Notes: a model not told the origin generated them from the letters alone. Counted from the first letter of the stretch, positions 23,501 to 36,580 are shown. The stretch: 64,000 bases of DNA from Oculina patagonica (GCF_052425735.1 NC_135758.1:1054001-1118000), one strand, 5' to 3'. Numbers and translations are program-made.

Positions 23501-25525
23501 TTAAGATGACGTACCAAGCAGACCAGCACAAGCTTGAGGTGCATTTAATCAATGCCACAGAGCTCCCAATCAGGCATGGTCGCCTGCTGGATGCATTTGC
23601 GCGGCTGTCGTTCAAATCGCCGTCTAAACACCAGCGAGTTCAAAGCAAAGTTCACAAGAAGACCTGTAACCCGATATTTGATGAAAAATTCGTTTTCGAA
23701 AATATTTATTTGTCGGAGTTAAAACAGGCGCATTTGAAGATCAAGCTCCTGGACCGCCTTGGCGTTTCGAGGTGTGAACCAGTTGGAGAAGCATTGATTT
23801 CACTATCCGACGAAACTATCATGTGTGGAGAAAATGTTACTCGAGACTTGGTTGAGAAAGCTGGACGAAAACAGGTGAATTGGGTCCGCATTACGTGCTT
23901 AGAGTTGTAGTAGGTCTAGAAACAAATTGTAAAAGCCAATAGCAAATTAATGAGGTCCGGAAAGTGAAAATCCCAAGTGCGAATGCTGAGAGAAAGAAGG
24001 AGCAAGAAATGTGTGTAGCGGCAAGACAATGTTCAGTAAAGATCTTCTTCAGTAGTACGAAGTTAGCATACATCACTGGGTGGGTTACAAGAGAGAAGTC
24101 CTTCACACAACCACCAGGTTGTTGGCTTTCTGAGAAAACGTGTTGGCTTTTTTGTCTTATTACTTATGAAAACATTTTTCAATACATCTTATGCTGCCAG
24201 CGAAAATAACTGAGGAGCTCTCAAATAAAACGCACTTTTTTCCTTGAAAGAGAGATACTAGAATCGAAAGTACTGATTGTCAAGAACTGAGATGGGGGCA
24301 GCGGTCGTAATATAAGGAGCGTCAACCGTTTGCGTATTAAAGGATTTTCGTTGCGTTTATGGGCGCAGCTGCGAGGAGAGCAGTTCTGGGGAAATCTTTC
24401 TAAACTAAGGGTTCCTGGGTGCAGGTTAAGGGTGCGTCGTTAATTAGGTAGGGTTTTGCGCCAAAGTAAAGTCTACCAATTAGATAACTGCCTGCGTTGG
24501 TGGGTTGTTTGATTTATGATTCTAAACGACAAACTGTTTTGTTTATTTTAGTCACGTGAGTGCGCTGGTGAACTGCAGGTATCTCTGTGTCACGAAGCTA
24601 CCTCCTCGCACCTCAAGGTCACCATCATGAAGTTAAGAGATCTTCCAAAGTCAATCAAAAGTAAATAACTATTAATGCTTTGAACCCGTATTACTCTGTT
24701 CTGCTAAGAATACATACACCTTATTTGATGGTTTAACATATAATACGCGCGGACTATTTTTTCCACTAAGTTTGGGTCCGTATTTCGTAAGTTTGTCCGA
24801 CCGTATTTTTGCCCACAACGTGGCATATTTTGCGCGTTCTTTTGCCCTTATATGGTAAAATGGCGCAATAGTGGAATAATAAAGTCCTATATTAGCACAG
24901 GCAAAATTGTAAACTTCTTTTTCACAGTTTGTCATTAAGTGATTTGTTATATAGCACTACGACGACTTTAATTTAGAAGAACGGCGGTCGTCGGTAAACG
25001 TTATTCGCGGGTAACAATGCACGTTACACTGTGGCTATTGCAATATTGCTCGCTCAGTGACTTTTGGCGGTAAACATTTTTATCGTTAGATGTCACGTGT
25101 CCTCGAAGTAGCCAATAAGAGCAGGTGCTGTCGCAGTAAAGGTCTAGCTATATAACAACTAGTGCTGCAGTTAAATTAAATTGTATTTCCTTCTTTTTCT
25201 TGGAGGTCCTTCTGTCGCCGTGGAACTCACGCACAAGGGTGAAATCCTCCAGAAACTTCAAACCAAAACTAAAAAGAAGAACCTGGTTTTTAATGAAGAA
25301 TTCAGCTTTGAAGTCGCCACAAACAGCTCATGTACGCTTGAGAACTTTGGAGTTCAGTTCACTGTCTTTCAGCATGATTTTATACGTGGAAACGAGGTCT
25401 TAGGTCACGTGAGACTGGGAATAGACGCGCCGTTGCAGTCGGAATTGGTGCACTGGAAAGCAGTGGTACTATCTCCACACAAGCCAATCGCTGAGTGGCA
25501 TAAGCTTCACTGGTCTCTCTTATAG
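17574..25525 (+). CDS. Synaptotagmin-like protein B (N-terminal TM, long Ser/Arg-rich linker, C2A/C2B), 7 predicted coding exons
   Basis: Exons 17574-17586 (ATG AAA ATG CAA G|gt), 19496-19809, 22033-22117, 22690-22860, 23195-23874, 24552-24660 and 25206-25525, phases consistent. TM IVLSISLASTVLAVVVAVIVV; C2A GNVIFKMTY..KLEVHLINATELP..SKVHKKTCNPIFDEKF; C2B GELQVSLC..FNEEFSF..HWKAVVLSPHKPIAEWHKL. The first micro-exon and the GAG acceptor at 25203-05 are the least certain parts. Confidence 0.78.
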
Positions 25526-26160
25526 ATCAAATGAAGACTTCAGAAACTCAGCGTTTTTTAACAACAAACACAAATGACTTGTATTTAAAAGAATACCATT
25601 TGACTACAATTGCTAAATCTATAAATATAATATATTTTTCTTTGTTTTTTTTTTTTAGCTATAGAAACACATGCAGATTTTACCAAACAGATTTGATATA
25701 AAGACCTTTCACTCTATTATCGACCGACTTGAACAGTGAAATTTACGGGATTTTTTTAAACACTTAAAAATAAATGCGTAGATATCAGCTCCGTACGCGT
25801 CTTGCAGACAAATGCATAAAGAAAAGCAAACAAACAAACAAACAAAACAACAAAAAAACAAAACAAAACAAAAATTACAGGTTTTCCAGCCTAGATAAAT
25901 AACTCGGATTTCAACAGTAGAATTTTTTTACCTCGTATCCTATAATCGATAGAAAAAAAAATTACGTTGGACAATGAAATCTCTATTTTGTACAACATAC
26001 TAGTACCGCGAAAGCTATATCATTGTCTCCAACCAAACTAGTTATTATTTGATTTTTATAAATCGTGATTTGCACAAGGCGCTCGGCATTCCCTTTTTCC
26101 AGTAAATTCACTACTTGTTAGCCGCGAAAAGAAGTGACCGATTTCCAATCACCCACAAAG

Positions 26161-26583
26161 CCCCCCCCCCGGGGGGGGTACTCAAAAATATTTTATACGG
26201 GGAGATTCCGCCCCAAGTTCTAACCCCTTACCCTTTTATATACCATTTTTGACAGAAATTGTACCCCTTTCGTATACCTTAAACTGAAAAAGGTACCCCT
26301 TTCATATACCTAAGAGACATGGCGTGAACTTAAAATAGGACGTTTTCTTGTCATTTTTATGTAGCGCTTAATAAATTAAAATAATACAGCCATAATTGCG
26401 TCTGTTCGAAATATTTTTATTAAAGGCCCTTTTAAATAGCCAAATGACAGATTTCCATACCCTTTCATATACTTAAACTCGTGAAATCCCTACCCTTTTA
26501 TATACCTGAAGCCTGAAAAAGGTACCCCTTTCGGGCGGAGCCTCCCCGTATAGGGCATTATAGGGAGTACCCCCCCCCCCCCC
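26161..26583. mobile_element. MITE with CCCGGGGGGGTACTC / GAGTACCCCCCCC termini
   Basis: Terminal inverted poly-G/poly-C motifs and internal AAAGGTACCCCTTTC repeats; related to 30290-30845 and 34073-34393. Confidence 0.65.
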
Positions 26584-27017
26584 AGCTCAAAAGCTCTAAT
26601 AAGTAAAAAGTGAAACCAATATAAACAACAACTGAGAAATGACTTTTGAAAGCTTTGTTTGCTTCTTTTGGCCTTCACCCGGGAGGGACTACCATAAATC
26701 AAAGTGCCCGTTGGGCTGTCTCGTGTTACAGATCAGTAAAGTAGCACCCGTTGCTAACAATCATATAAGCTCAGAAAAACCATCTCCGGATTCTACAATA
26801 TTATTTCTCAAATTTCATTCTCAAGCATTTGCAACAGCTTGTGCTATACCAGCATCGCACCATGTGCCCTTTCTTCACATTCTACTCAAATAGTCAAACC
26901 TGTCCAACTGTCCTTCCAAAAACTCAACAAAATCTTCGCAATGATTTCTAAGGTATTCAACAACTGCAAAACGCACTATCAAATGATTTGCTAATTACAT
27001 ACTTAATTACCTACTTC

Positions 27018-27246
27018 CAGATAACGATATTCGCACTTCCCTTAATGGTTTTATTCTGTATCTACCGCGTATTCAATATACTGCTTTCCTATTATGGCCT
27101 GAATGAAGTTTAAACAACCTACCAAAACGCAAAATGAGATACCACTTCAATTTTTCTGTTTGCGTGATAACTTCACTTAATATTCTCCTTTTGACACATC
27201 ATTTGACATATCTGAAAAGTGCTCTGGCGCCAACAACCCTCGACCC
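27018..27246. repeat. About 230-bp dispersed direct repeat, copy 1 (copy 2 at 29511-29737)
   Basis: CAGATAACGATA.TCGCACTTCCCTTAAT...TAACTTCACTTAATATTCTCCTTTTGACACATCATTTGACATATCTGAAAA...CAACAACCCTCGACCC is present in both places. Confidence 0.85.
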
Positions 27247-27796
27247 GATTGTACACTACCCCCCGACTACCCACTACACAGTATCTTCGACAGATGTTGC
27301 CCGAACGTTCAGTCTTTGTTTAACAAGAACGTCACCTGACACTACACTTGAAATCTAAAGCCGAAGTGGTGAAAAGCAAAGCAAATTAGTTTCCTGAGAA
27401 GGTTTTTCGACGTAATTTGCTTCTCACTTCTTTCTAATGGGGATCTGTTTTATCTGGAGGCATTATGTATTAAATAGAGCCGTAAGATTGTGGCCAAGGA
27501 AATGTCTAGAGGTCATTGCATTTATAGTCTGCGCTGCGTGGTTTCCTGTTTGTTTCACACTTCTTTGCCACATGTTTTGCTAGTTTAGTTTGTTTTTGCT
27601 CAAGTCTATTTGTAAAATACGCTTTAAACTCTCGAAATTTACGCCGTGGAAGGACAAACAAGATATATGTTCCGTGAAAACGTTGATTACTTGCATTTTG
27701 TTGATACTGTTGCAAGATGTATTGTGTATTATCACTTAATATATCTTGGTCCGGCTTCGCAAGTGACAACCGGAAATGAATTTGATTGCTTGACGC

Positions 27797-29385
27797 TTAA
27801 AAGACTTTATCCCTGGTCCTCTTCGTGCCAAATTTCGAGTTCAGTGCTCGCCTCATTTCATCCCAGACCTTTCGTGCTTCTCTGCTCTTCAGGCGATTGA
27901 AATTATCAGCCCAAAGACGAATTAGCATTTTCTGATCATCGTCGGACCCATTTGTCGTAAGTTCTCTTTGCCGGTCCGGATTCGGGAGAAGATGCTGTAG
28001 ATGTACTTCCCGACGTTACTAATCGAACAGTTCGGTAATCGAACTTGATCGAACTGAATCGAACTTAATCGAACGATTCGGTTCGATTAGTTCGATAATC
28101 GAACAGAATCGAACCCAAAACTTTGTGTGAGAGAGTTCGATTCCGTTCGATTTCCGAACTAATCGAACCAAATCGAACTTAATCGAACACAAAAGACAAA
28201 TCTTAAATTCACCCTCATACAACCAGATAATTGAACAGTCTGTCTAAGTAACAGTAATAAATGAATAAATTTTTTATTTATGGACTTTCGGCAAAAAAAC
28301 CCGAAACGCAAAGTTCAACAGACAATAGAAAATAAATCCTCCTTCACTCTAGTTCTATTTCATGTTATCAACCTATGGAGTCCCAAGTAGTCTGCGTAGC
28401 TGGCGATTTCGTCGGAAAGCACGCGTGGGAGATTACTGCGAAGACTCGCCTTCTTTCACTTTGCCGATTGTTTCTAGCGACCTTGCCGCTCACTCGCTCC
28501 CCAACAAAACCGTCAGCTGCGGTAATAAGCGACAAACAGTAATAAAATTGACATCAATTTCCTTTCTGTTTATTTATTCGTTGTTCTGGGCTAAACAACC
28601 GCGCCTGTGACACTCGTATTCACACCCGTTTATTGGGAACATACCGCCATTTGCAGCCAAATGTAATTAGACCGTGAATTTTACGACCGTTGTTTTTTAA
28701 TCAACATCCATTTTCCATGATTTTCAAATCGAACCCAGTCGAACTTAATCGAGCCTAATCGAACTTAATCGAACGTTCGATTTAGTTCGATTACTCAAAA
28801 TTTTTTGTGAGAGTTCGATTCTGTTCGATTACCGAACTTAATCGAACCTAATCGCGTGATTACAGTTCGATTCAGTTCGAGTAAGTTCGATTAATCGAAC
28901 GTTCGATTTGGTTCGATTAGTAACGTCGGGATGTACTTGCAACAGCAACGGGACTCGTCGGGGAGCTCGTTATATTGCTCGATGCGCTCCCTGGCCTGCT
29001 TTGACTGCCTTCACCCACGTTTAACTGCGAATGCAGTTCATTCATAAAAGGGCCAAACTGCTGTTGCTGCTGCTGCTGATGATCAAAAAAGTAACCGGAT
29101 AAAATGGTGTTGAACTGAGAAAAAAGCCACCTCCATCCATGATCGAGTGTTCTAGCGAAGTTCCCGCGCTTTGTGATTGCGTGCGATCATGACCTTCAAT
29201 GTCATTTCCCTGACAGGTTCTGTTATCACTGGAGACGGCTTCCTTTGTTATTAAAGACAAAATTTTGGAAAATCGGTTCGCCTTTTTTTTTAAGTGGAGG
29301 TCGCACTTAAAAATCTCGCGTGTTGATAGATTTTCACCGCAAAGTAAACAAATTCTTCCAAATTTTTTTTAGTGCGACCCGGCCC
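27797..29385 (-). pseudogene. Decayed PIF/Harbinger fragment with frameshifted Myb/SANT-like (trihelix) DNA-binding ORF
   Basis: Minus-strand translation with two frameshifts: SGPAKRTYDKW/SDDDQKMLIRLWADNFNRLKSR/EARKVWDEMRRALNSKFGTKRTRDK (Myb/SANT-like W..W pattern). Harbinger-type end AGTGCGACCCGGCCC|TAA at 29371-29388. Interrupted by the MITE at 28009-28930. Confidence 0.6.
28009..28930. mobile_element. MITE with 8-bp TSD
   Basis: TIR CCCGACGTTACTAATCGAAC / GTTCGATTAGTAACGTCGGG; direct repeat ATGTACTT at 28001-08 and 28931-38; subterminal AATCGAAC/GTTCGATT arrays. Confidence 0.9.
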
Positions 29386-30222
29386 TAAGAAAAACAAACA
29401 AAAAGGAATTATGAATTTGACTTTGTGACCTTAGTGTCTTCAAAATATCATATCACGTTCTGGAAAGCGTATACAATTAACAAAGCAAAGCAAATTAATT
29501 TCCTGTTTCTCAGATAACGATAATCGCACTTCCCTTAATCCTTTTATTCTGTTTCTACACTATTCATAATACGCCCTTCCTATTCTTTACTGAATAAAGT
29601 TTAAAGAAACGAACAAAGCCGAAGATGAGATACCACATCAATATTTTTGTTTGCGTGGTAACTTCACTTAATATTCTCCTTTTGACACATCATTTGACAT
29701 ATCTGAAAACTGCTCTGACCTCAACAACCCTCGACCCTAACACCCACCAAAATGGCTTTCTTGTAACGCAAACAGAAATTTAACAACAGCTTTTCAGCCA
29801 GCCGCATACTTTAACAATACCCACCGCAAATATAATATCAAAACACAAACCTACCGTAAAGATAAATTCATTTTCCATGTAAAAAACTACCTATTTAAGC
29901 AACATACGTGAGATAAAATCTCCTTATCAGATTTGGCGGTATTACTAAAGATGATACTTCATGTAATATATTACATTATTCACATACCTTAGTAATCCAA
30001 ACATTTACACCATGTCTCACACGTGTAAATAAGCACGTTTAAAACTCGACAAGAGAAAACGCGCAATACGAAGAACAGCATCCCGATGCATCTTATCAGC
30101 AAAATGTATCTATGTAAATATGTCTATTTCTTACCTTGTTTCCTTGCTACTTTATCACTTCGTTACCTTACGAGAGGTCTTACACAAAGCACTATCCTGA
30201 GCTACCAAGTCCCCTCGGATAA

Positions 30223-30278
30223 TCTCGTGTTACGTCACGGTCACGTCGTTCACGACGTGACCGTGACGTAACACGAGA
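30223..30278. repeat. Perfect 27-bp-arm palindrome with 2-nt spacer
   Basis: TCTCGTGTTACGTCACGGTCACGTCGT-TC-ACGACGTGACCGTGACGTAACACGAGA. Confidence 0.9.
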
Positions 30279-30289
30279 CAAAAAGGGAC

Positions 30290-30845
30290 GGGGATTCTCG
30301 TCGTCTTGCTTATTGGTATAAATTTCGGACTTTGGGTCTCGCTTAGGGTGTTCTGGGCAAAATGGCATATTTTTATTTAGCCGTCATGGTCTCGTTTATG
30401 GTTACACACGTAGATATACGAATATCAATTTATTTTCAGAATTTAATAATAATAATAATAAGTAATAATAATAAATAATATTTTAAGAGGAGGCCTCCAA
30501 TCACCTAGGGGGTGGTTTTCAGGAGGGTCCTCTGAGAAAATAAATGTTAAACATTAAAATACATTAAAATCTAAAATACAATAAAAAGACAAAACCAATG
30601 TTGTATGCTAACTAAGATTAAAAACTAGGACAAGAATTAAAATACTACTAACTAAGGTTAAAAATGGGAAATAAAAAAGTATTAAAATCTAAAAGGAAGT
30701 ACAAATGTCACAGATCTAATTTCAGTATCTTTTAGGGGTCTAAAACAGCTTCAGCCACGCCCAGATTGGTCTCTTTTAGGGGTTATTTTCAAAATTTCCG
30801 ACGAGCATGCCCGTCCCTTTAATATGGGAGTCCCCTCCCGGGGGC
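30290..30845. mobile_element. Diverged copy of the CCCGGG-terminal MITE family, interrupted by AT-rich sequence
   Basis: CTCGTCGTC..AAATTTCGGACTT..GGTCTCGCTTAGGGTGTTC and CCCAGATTGGTCTCTTTTAGGGGTT..CAAAATTTCCGACGAGCAT..CCCGGG match 34073-34393. Confidence 0.65.
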
Positions 30846-30973
30846 GTTCAGCCCCGAAGTCGGTCCTTAGCTTGCGCACGAGAAATAATCCAAACTAGTT
30901 TTGAGACTCTCCACCTTTTCTTCTCCAGTTTTTTTCGTTCCGGGACTGGGTTTCGCGCGCACACGCTTATTCT

Positions 30974-31565
30974 TGGTTTTCACGTGACGTCATCAAAATT
31001 CTAAAATCTAGAATCTCAAGACCCCTGAGTTTTTATCCTTCACTGGCTATTTTAGACGCCCTTGATATATATCATTTTGAAGGGTTTTAGCTCGATAGCA
31101 ATCGCCGTCTTTAAGATAGAGCATTTTGAAGTTCGGAGTTTCACGCCACACGAGATCCAAGATGGCCGCCAGAAGGCTGTCACGTTCTCTTTAAAAAGTG
31201 CCTTATTTTGTGATTTTTAACAATCTGAACAGTTGAGGTTTTGCTAGAAGTGTTTATGTGAATGTTTACTTGTTCATGAGGGTGATCTGACCGCTTTTTG
31301 TAGCAAAATTTAATGCCTGATGTTTTCATTGATTTCCGGAGGCCATGTTGGAGTCCAACCAGTTGGACTCCAGCATGGAGTTTCCATACTGTGCTCTCTA
31401 AATTTGCGTGAAACATTTTGACGGATAACTCGAGTACGGAACGACATACTGACCTGATACTTGTACAAAAAGTTTATTTAGTAGTTTTCTACAACCTGTG
31501 ATAGTCTTGATTTTATTGACCCAATAGTTTTGGATTTATTTTTCGCGGCGTGACAGTGAAAACCA
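30974..31565. mobile_element. MITE with TGGTTTTCAC.TGACG / CGTGACAGTGAAAACCA termini
   Basis: Short terminal inverted repeats and internal CAAGATGGCCGCC / GGCCATGTTG motifs; no coding capacity. Confidence 0.55.
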
Positions 31566-31673
31566 CCTTAACGAAATCAATGGGGGACACCCTTTTAAAA
31601 ACGAAGGGGGTGCTCGTCGTATCTTTTAAGGGGTAAAATCTGTGGATTTTAGACTTATTCAGACTTATTTGAC

Positions 31674-32101
31674 CACAGGCTTCCCAAGCTCAAAATTCGT
31701 TTTTTGATGTGTTTTTGAGCCTTTCGGGCGGCCGACTCTACATACGTGGTGTATGCGACAGCTTGTGTATATAGAGAAATGTATGGGAAAATCACGGGTT
31801 CTCTAAAATCGTTGTCTCTTCCTTCTTTTTAGAAGGAGAGACAACGACTTCGAATAATTTCGCTAAATGGCGTCGGAATGGCTCCAAATTCGGCACAAGA
31901 CACAAGTAAGCGACACATTTGAGGTAGGTAAACTTTATTTCAAAATTATATATTTATTTACCCGATTTTAGAGAACCCGTGATTTTCCCATACATTTCTC
32001 TATATACACAAGCTGTCGCATACACCACGTATGTAGAGTCGGCCGCCCGAAAGGCTCAAAAACACATCAAAAAGACGAATTTTGAGCTTGGGAACCCTGT
32101 G
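31674..32101. mobile_element. P-element-like MITE with about 138-bp near-perfect TIRs and 7-bp TSD
   Basis: Termini CACAGG..CCTGTG; arms 31674-31811 and about 31962-32101; direct repeat ATTTGAC at 31667-73 and 32102-08. CA..TG ends with a 7-8 bp TSD fit the P superfamily. Confidence 0.85.
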
Positions 32102-32544
32102 ATTTGACCGTAATTCCTGCTAAACATTATCTTGGGTACCAGTGGATTATTCTCGCGCTTGGCGGATTAATGTGACCACTTAGCCACGCAAGAAAAGCCT
32201 CTGGCACTCAGGGACAAAACGTGAAACTGTATTCCCAAGACATCAACAATCTGTCATTTAGCCTGACCTTTGCTCACGCGAGTCACACAGACTTGTGTTT
32301 TTTATGGGCTCCTGGTTTTATCAAAATACAAGAAATCATTAGGAAGTAAACTCGTTCGTTAATTGAACGATTCAAATAAAACCTGTAATCCACGAGTATG
32401 TTGTGTGTAAGAAGGTTGAGAGAGAACGACGTAGCGATGTTATAGCTTTAGAAGACCTTAGTAAGCATGTGACAAGATCCAAAATATTGAAATATTTTGA
32501 GGAATGTGTACTCTGTTGATAATTGCTCTTTTATTTCATGTGGT

Positions 32545-32560
32545 GGCTCCTAAAGGAGCC
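32545..32560 (-). promoter_or_regulatory. Histone 3' stem-loop (H1)
   Basis: Minus strand AAAAC-GGCTCC-TTTA-GGAGCC-ACCA, 24 nt after the H1 stop codon. Confidence 0.95.
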
Positions 32561-32584
32561 GTTTTTGCTCGGTGAAGGATAGCC

Positions 32585-33160
32585 TCACTTCTTGGCTGCG
32601 GGCTTCTTGGCGGTCTTTTTCGCCGCGGGTTTCTTGGCCGCTTTCTTGGCGGGCTTCTTAGCGGCGGGCTTCTTCGCTGCTGGCTTTTTAGCTGCGGGCT
32701 TCTTTGCTGCTGGCTTCTTAGCTGCGGGTTTCTTTGCTGCCGGTTTTTTGGCCGCGGGTTTCTTTGCAGCCTTCTTTGCCGCTGGTTTCTTTGCTGCCTT
32801 CTTGGCGGCGGGCTTCTTTGGTTTGGCGGCGGGCTTCTTTGCAGCGGGCTTCTTCTTCGGTTTCTTCTCCTTCTTTTCCTCCTTGGGAACCTTGAAGGAG
32901 CCTGAAGCACCAACTCCCTTGGTGTGCACAAGTTTTCCGCTAGCGGCGGCTCTCTTCAAAGCCAGCTTCAAGTGCGTGCCGACCTCACCAACCTTGTAGT
33001 TGGCTTTGATGTATTTCTCGATGGCTTGGCGGGAAGAACCGTTACGCTCCTTCAATGCTATAACTGCAGCTTTGATCATATCAAAATAAGGTGGATGATC
33101 GGCTGGCTTTTTAGGCGCTGCCGGCTTCTTTTTCGCTGGAGACTTTGCTGCTTCGGACAT
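32585..33160 (-). CDS. H1: Histone H1 (replication-dependent type)
   Basis: Globular winged-helix [40 protein letters not shown]; Lys/Ala/Pro tail of KKPAA repeats; intronless with 3' stem-loop. The coding ATG is at about 33159. Confidence 0.97.
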   Translation of the reverse strand: MSEAAKSPAKKKPAAPKKPADHPPYFDMIKAAVIALKERNGSSRQAIEKYIKANYKVGEVGTHLKLALKRAAASGKLVHTKGVGASGSFKVPKEEKKEKKPKKKPAAKKPAAKPKKPAAKKAAKKPAAKKAAKKPAAKKPAAKKPAAKKPAAKKPAAKKPAAKKPAAKKPAKKAAKKPAAKKTAKKPAAKK

Positions 33161-34072
33161 GTTGCAATTTTAGAACGTCGAATCGACTTGCGATCACTTC
33201 GGAACTGAAGACTGAAATGCTCCTTCGAATGTTTGCGCCAGTAAAGTGCGCTTGGTGCGGACCACTGAGGAAACAGCGCTTGAAAATGGCGTCCCCAAAT
33301 TCTGTGCTAGTTTGCCCAGCGATTTGCACAAATAAAATGTTATAACAATAAGATTGATTAAAACTTAGTTTGCTAATTTGTAGTTGTGATATTTTGTAAG
33401 TTGAAGATGTAAACAGTTTTGGGATAAAGATCGTAAAAGGACGAAATTTTAAGCTTAAAAGTTCATAAACCTGTAAAATTCTAAAGAACATTTCGACTTA
33501 AAAGCTAAATAACTCTAGTTTTGATTGTTATCCTTCAAGATATCGAAAATGCCTAGAAAGAACAAAACCTGAACCTTACGTTTCTTCGATAAAATTAGAC
33601 CTTCTGCTAATCTTCAAAGGTTAAATGTCTTTAAAATTTGAACAACAAGGACAGACTCCTTCAGTACGCCATTCCGGTAGATCACTGTTTGATATTCCGA
33701 CCAACTTACCTAGAAACGGATCACGCATGTGCGCTTTATGGTGTAAAAGAAATGTTTTTCGGAGATATGAGGGTATTCGAGTGTAACAAAGAGCTGAGGT
33801 TGATAATTTTACCATACATTTCATTTTGTCGGGCTTTATCGAATAAAACATTGATACACGATACAGATTGTAAACACTACCGCATCGCGCAAACTAAATT
33901 CTAAATTTATTTGTCAAAAGCGGCGCTCCTTCGCAGTTAGAATTACGTACGCACCATAAGCGTCCTAAACTCGTTAGGTGTGTGGTTCCAGAAGCAGAAG
34001 TATTCTCAATCAGTAAACTCAGTGAATTGATTGAATATGTGCAAAAGCGCGGCCAAACAACGGATTAAATTC

Positions 34073-34393
34073 CCCGGGGGGGGGGACTCGCATATGAAAG
34101 TGACGGGGATGCTCGTCGTCTCGCTTAGGGGTGTAAATTTCGGACTTCTGGTCTCGCTTAGGGTGTTCCGGGGAAAAACGCCCAAAACGCCAATATTTTT
34201 AGCCATAATGGTCTCGTTTAGGGTTACACACGAAGAAATATACAAATATAAACTCCATTCTTAGTTTTTTGGTATCTTTTAGGGGTCAAGAAAGGCTTGA
34301 GCCACACCCAGATTGGTCTCTTTTAGGGGTTCTTTTCAAAATTTCCGACGAGCATCCCCGTCCCTTTAATATGGGATCCCCCCCCCCCCCGGG
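34073..34393. mobile_element. MITE with CCCGGG termini and 8-bp TSD in the H1-H3 spacer
   Basis: CCCGGGGGGGGGGACTC.CATAT / ATATGGGATCCCCCCCCCCCGGG; direct repeat TTAAATTC at 34065-72 and 34394-401. Confidence 0.85.
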
Positions 34394-35283
34394 TTAAATT
34401 CCAATGCCAATATAATCAAGGAATGATTCTTGGTTAATTCCATAACATGTATCAGAAGCTTCTGCATGTAGAGATATAAATTTTTCTTTTATGGTGGAAA
34501 TTAGAAACAGAAAGAGTTAAAAGTTTTATTCAGGACAATAAATCAGAATAACTGTAAACTGCGACCACGTGCGGGACGCGCGCCATATTGCAACAAAACC
34601 GCGTATAAATTATCAAAACAACAAAACATCTCTAGAAGCTTTTATACTGATTCTTTTGGGAAGCATTGACAGAGGATTCCAGGTTTGATATTATTAAAAA
34701 AAAACATAACTATGAAGCAGTTCTGCGCCGCATGTCATCGATCGAACTGACTCGCTTGCCGCTCTCTAGAGTTCGTGTTGATCGCAAAACTGACTTTGGT
34801 AGACACATATGATAACACGCATAAATTACACGAATATAGCATTATTTTATTCGTTATATTTTTATCAATCGTGCCTACAACTTTGAATCATCAAGTAGAT
34901 ATAGTTTCATGCATGTAGTGTATATGGGTATATTTCGTTCAGGTTGTAGCTGTAGCGAACAACAATGTCTGGATACTCCATGCCTTCACTAAAACCTCGC
35001 AAATTTAAAATAGACTCCTGTATCGTTTAAAAGAAGCAAGGGGCATGTTTTTGAAGGTCGGAAACAAAGAAGTGTATTTGGAATTGAACTGAAGCTGTAA
35101 ACTGCGTGATTTTCATATGTAGCGATCAGTAATTCGCTATCTTTGTGTCGCGCGCAAAATTTCGGGAAAGGGTGACCGTCACTACGGAACCTTATGAATC
35201 GAACTTGATTTTTTTCTGGATTATGTCATTGGGGTTGAAAATATCGTTAAAGTTCGATTGGTCATTGCTTTTATTAATGTGGT

Positions 35284-35299
35284 GGCTCCTAAAGGAGCC
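35284..35299 (-). promoter_or_regulatory. Histone 3' stem-loop (H3)
   Basis: Minus strand CAAAC-GGCTCC-TTTA-GGAGCC-ACCA. Confidence 0.95.
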
Positions 35300-35326
35300 G
35301 TTTGTTTTGTGAGGGATGTGATCCAC

Positions 35327-35773
<447 letters not shown>

Positions 35774-35789
35774 TCATTTTACAAATGGA

Positions 35790-36191
35790 TTTATACCTGG
35801 CGGGCTTGTTCCTGATTGGTTAACAACGAAGTGATTTGATTGGCTTAGCAAGAAAAACCAGTAAATAATTTCACGGTTCTGTGGCTGTATTTCGATCCGA
35901 ACAAGCTTTGAATATTTTTTCAGGCTTTTTTGCATTGCTCTGCTACGGAAAAATCATTTCAAAAAGATAGAAAGGTGAAAAAAATATTTCGTTTAAAAGT
36001 TTTTCTGAATGTTTCTCAAATTTAGGGAATATTGTTTTCTTTACAGAAAGTGCTCGCTCGTGTAACGTGAACATATTTTATGGTAATATTAAGAATATTA
36101 ACTTGACCCTTGGCTCTGTTGTATGCAATCAACCAATAGGAACAGATGTTAATGTAGTGTTTTCTGAGAGGTCATTCTTCACCGTATAAAA
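35790..36191. promoter_or_regulatory. Divergent H3/H4 promoter region
   Basis: TATAAA on minus strand at 35790-95 with CCAAT (minus) at 35815-19 and 35839-43; CCAAT 36133-37 and TATAAAA 36185-91 on plus strand; TTTCGATCC at 35890-98. Confidence 0.75.
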
Positions 36192-36199
36192 ACGAATAA

Positions 36200-36556
<357 letters not shown>

Positions 36557-36580
36557 ACTTCACTGCCAACACAAACAAAC

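Noticed and set aside
32536-33491. Ala/Phe/Gly-rich and Arg/Pro-rich ORFs overlapping H1
   Set aside because: Antisense and alternative-frame shadows of the KKPAA repeat; the protamine-like look is a frame artefact.
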